Virus record (IMG/VR): IMGVR_UViG_3300010370_000002
Source: a virus
DNA: 44,137 nucleotides
Direction: 5' to 3' (one strand)
Shown piece by piece: positions 42,449-44,137 of the stretch (position 1 is its first letter; every line of letters starts with the position of its first letter). The notes beneath the pieces were generated by a model that worked only from the letters and a program-made list of their open reading frames with translations, had not been told where the DNA came from and did no database searches. A program made the position numbers and the translations under genes.

Positions 42449-43398
42449 TATTTGTACAAATTATAAGTTGGGACAAAATAAATTGAATCCTCTCTATCAT
42501 ATCCTTTTAAGTTACGCAACATTTCGTCGTATGTTCTTTTAATTTGTTCGGTTTTTGTTTTATCTATTGAAAAATCGTAACATAAACGAGAAGCTAAGCC
42601 AAAAGCTAAAGTTTCAGCCCATTCAATAGGAAAATCAGGGTTGTCATTTCCTGTATTAAAATCAAAAAACATTTTTTGAAATGTAAATTTGATTGTATTA
42701 GAAGCATCACTTGGGGCTTGATACAAATAAATAGTACCTGAATTTAATTGTTTGTCATAATAAAATTGAGTTGGTTGACCAGCTACAGTTTTTTGAGCTA
42801 AATTAAAATAATCATTTCTAGCTAATTCATTTAAAGGGGTATCGTAATTTGATGAATCTCTGCGCCTACAAGATGTTATTGCTTCGGGGCGTGTAATTTT
42901 AGTTTGATAAACATAAATAGTTGCTCCGCTTAATACATTGTTTGTCAAAGGAGAAGTTAAAGTTATTGTTGTTCCCGCTATATTAGAAATTGTTGTCCAA
43001 TGTAGATTGCCATTATCTTGCATTATTCCTATATTATATCCAATAGTAAACCCACTTGCACTAGCAACTACAACTGAATTTGCTCCACTTGTTGCTGATG
43101 CACTTGTAGTTGTTTGGACAAATGATTCTGTTGCGTTAGCGGTTGCACCATCTAAAATATAGCTTTCTTGACCTACTTTTATAAATAAAGTTCCTTCAGC
43201 GTATTTCCAAAGATAAACACCTTCACTTTTTAAGCCTTTGACATATAAATTTAATGCTTCTGATGCTTCATTAATTTCTTCTGCTGTTAAGTCTCTTCCA
43301 CGAGTCTTAATTCCTATAATTTTATAAGCACGATTAATTATATCGTTTCTTGTTTGTGAAAATGTATTTGTTCCTGAAACACTCATGTTAATCAACAA
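42448..43398 (-). CDS. P22 gp4-like head-to-tail adaptor with a roughly 150-aa central insertion
   Basis: 316 aa. N-terminal TRNDIINRAYKIIGI...LTAEEINEASEALNLYVKGL parallels P22 gp4 TKGDLVRAALRKLGV...VEPQSMQDAVDDLEAMM. C-terminal WAETLAFGLASRLCYDF parallels gp4 SAVFHNLACRIAPDY. Confidence 0.5.
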   Translation of the reverse strand: MLINMSVSGTNTFSQTRNDIINRAYKIIGIKTRGRDLTAEEINEASEALNLYVKGLKSEGVYLWKYAEGTLFIKVGQESYILDGATANATESFVQTTTSASATSGANSVVVASASGFTIGYNIGIMQDNGNLHWTTISNIAGTTITLTSPLTNNVLSGATIYVYQTKITRPEAITSCRRRDSSNYDTPLNELARNDYFNLAQKTVAGQPTQFYYDKQLNSGTIYLYQAPSDASNTIKFTFQKMFFDFNTGNDNPDFPIEWAETLAFGLASRLCYDFSIDKTKTEQIKRTYDEMLRNLKGYDREDSIYFVPTYNLYK

Positions 43399-43786
43399 AA
43401 TTAATATTAATATTATCTAATTCAATCAAACTATTTGCATTATTAATAATATCTTGTAATAATCTTGCATCTGCCCTATTTTTTAAAATATTTTGTGGTA
43501 TGCTATTTAAATTACTTGGATCTAATGATCTTATAACATACCAATCAGTATCTTTCAAATAATTTAAACATATATTTTTTTTTATAATTTTCTTTTCCTC
43601 TAATTCTATAATATCAAATTTTGAAGTTATTTGATCCCATGTAGGTTTTATAAAATCAGTGTTTTCCCAAACTAAACCATCTATTGGATTTGCCCATGGC
43701 GTAAGGTCTTTTTTAGTTTCCCAATAAATAAAACCACCCTTTATGTTTGGATATATTAATTTTATTGCCTTTATTACTTTTGACAT
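43388..43786 (-). CDS. Hypothetical tail-module protein
   Basis: 132-aa ORF overlapping the adaptor gene start. Confidence 0.45.
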   Translation of the reverse strand: MSKVIKAIKLIYPNIKGGFIYWETKKDLTPWANPIDGLVWENTDFIKPTWDQITSKFDIIELEEKKIIKKNICLNYLKDTDWYVIRSLDPSNLNSIPQNILKNRADARLLQDIINNANSLIELDNININFVD

Positions 43787-43787
43787 A

Positions 43788-44137
43788 TTAATCTTGTATT
43801 TCAGTTATTATAATTCTCGATGCCATAGAACCTCCTAATTTTCTTGCACTCATAACGCCATTCAAAGTTATTGTTCCACCACTACCAGTATTACCGCCAG
43901 CACGAACTGTAAATGTTAAAGTTGATAATGTGCTTGGTCTTATTAAATGATTGAATGAAGTAATTCCACTATATGCTAAAGTTGCTGATGGAAATATTGA
44001 AACCGAGGCTAAAGCATCTGCAGTTCCAGTTTTAAATAAAGCAACTGTCATATTTTCATCTACATCCTGTCCCCAGTTTGCAACAACATCTATTCTTAAA
44101 AGTGAAGTTGCACTTTTTGGGGTTATTGATATACTCA
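43788..44137 (-). CDS. C-terminal part of the junction-spanning tail fibre/spike ORF (44015-44137 duplicates 1-123)
   Basis: The ORF track lists 43788..44051 from an internal Met. The frame stays open to the right edge and matches the frame of 1..1156. Confidence 0.6.
   Translation of the reverse strand, partial: SISITPKSATSLLRIDVVANWGQDVDENMTVALFKTGTADALASVSIFPSATLAYSGITSFNHLIRPSTLSTLTFTVRAGGNTGSGGTITLNGVMSARKLGGSMASRIIITEIQD
44015..44137. repeat. Terminal direct repeat, copy 2 (identical to 1-123)
   Basis: Same 123-nt string as the window start. Confidence 0.9.

Noticed and set aside
1-44137. Lysogeny module (integrase, CI-type repressor, attP next to the tRNA cluster)
   Set aside because: No ORF shows tyrosine or serine recombinase motifs or a clear CI/Cro pair. 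The tRNAs are complete genes with their own promoter, not att-like fragments.

Overview
This window looks like a complete, AT-rich dsDNA phage genome. Bases 1-123 are identical to 44015-44137, so the unique length is about 44,014 bp, either circularly closed or terminally redundant. One ORF crosses that junction.

The genome has two arms.
- **Late arm (minus strand, 16544 down to 1, continuing 44014 down to 34774).** It encodes small and large terminase, a 722-aa portal, a GroES-like co-chaperonin, scaffold and an HK97-like capsid protein. Next come small very basic proteins, three ejection-type proteins, a P22 gp4-like adaptor, a P22 gp10-like hub and fibres. It ends with a lysis cassette (overlapping Rz/Rz1-type spanins) and two secreted or envelope cargo genes.
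- **Early/middle arm (plus strand, 17218-34591).** It starts with many small ORFs and two tandem pentapeptide-repeat proteins. These are followed by a DnaD-like protein, DnaB, a CheY-like receiver, a Sak/Rad52-like annealase and a YqaJ exonuclease. It finishes with an insertion-bearing dUTPase, a PD-(D/E)XK nuclease, GNAT, VRR-NUC and a C5 DNA methyltransferase.

I did not recognise an integrase, repressor, DNA polymerase or RNA polymerase. The spanins, the outer-membrane barrel and the GGAGG Shine-Dalgarno sites point to a Gram-negative, SD-using host.

The most unusual element is a roughly 390-nt, locally GC-rich, helix-rich non-coding region (27140-27531). It has its own near-consensus sigma70 promoter and is followed by a tRNA-like element and a tRNA(UAA). 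Other points worth a second look:
- T7 gene-10 epsilon-like leaders (TTAACTTAAC) in front of at least 10 early ORFs
- a pentapeptide-repeat / pentapeptide-repeat / small membrane protein cassette
- a second structured GC island upstream of the replication genes
- duplicated leader and promoter modules

All functional calls come from motif recognition by eye. No database search was run.
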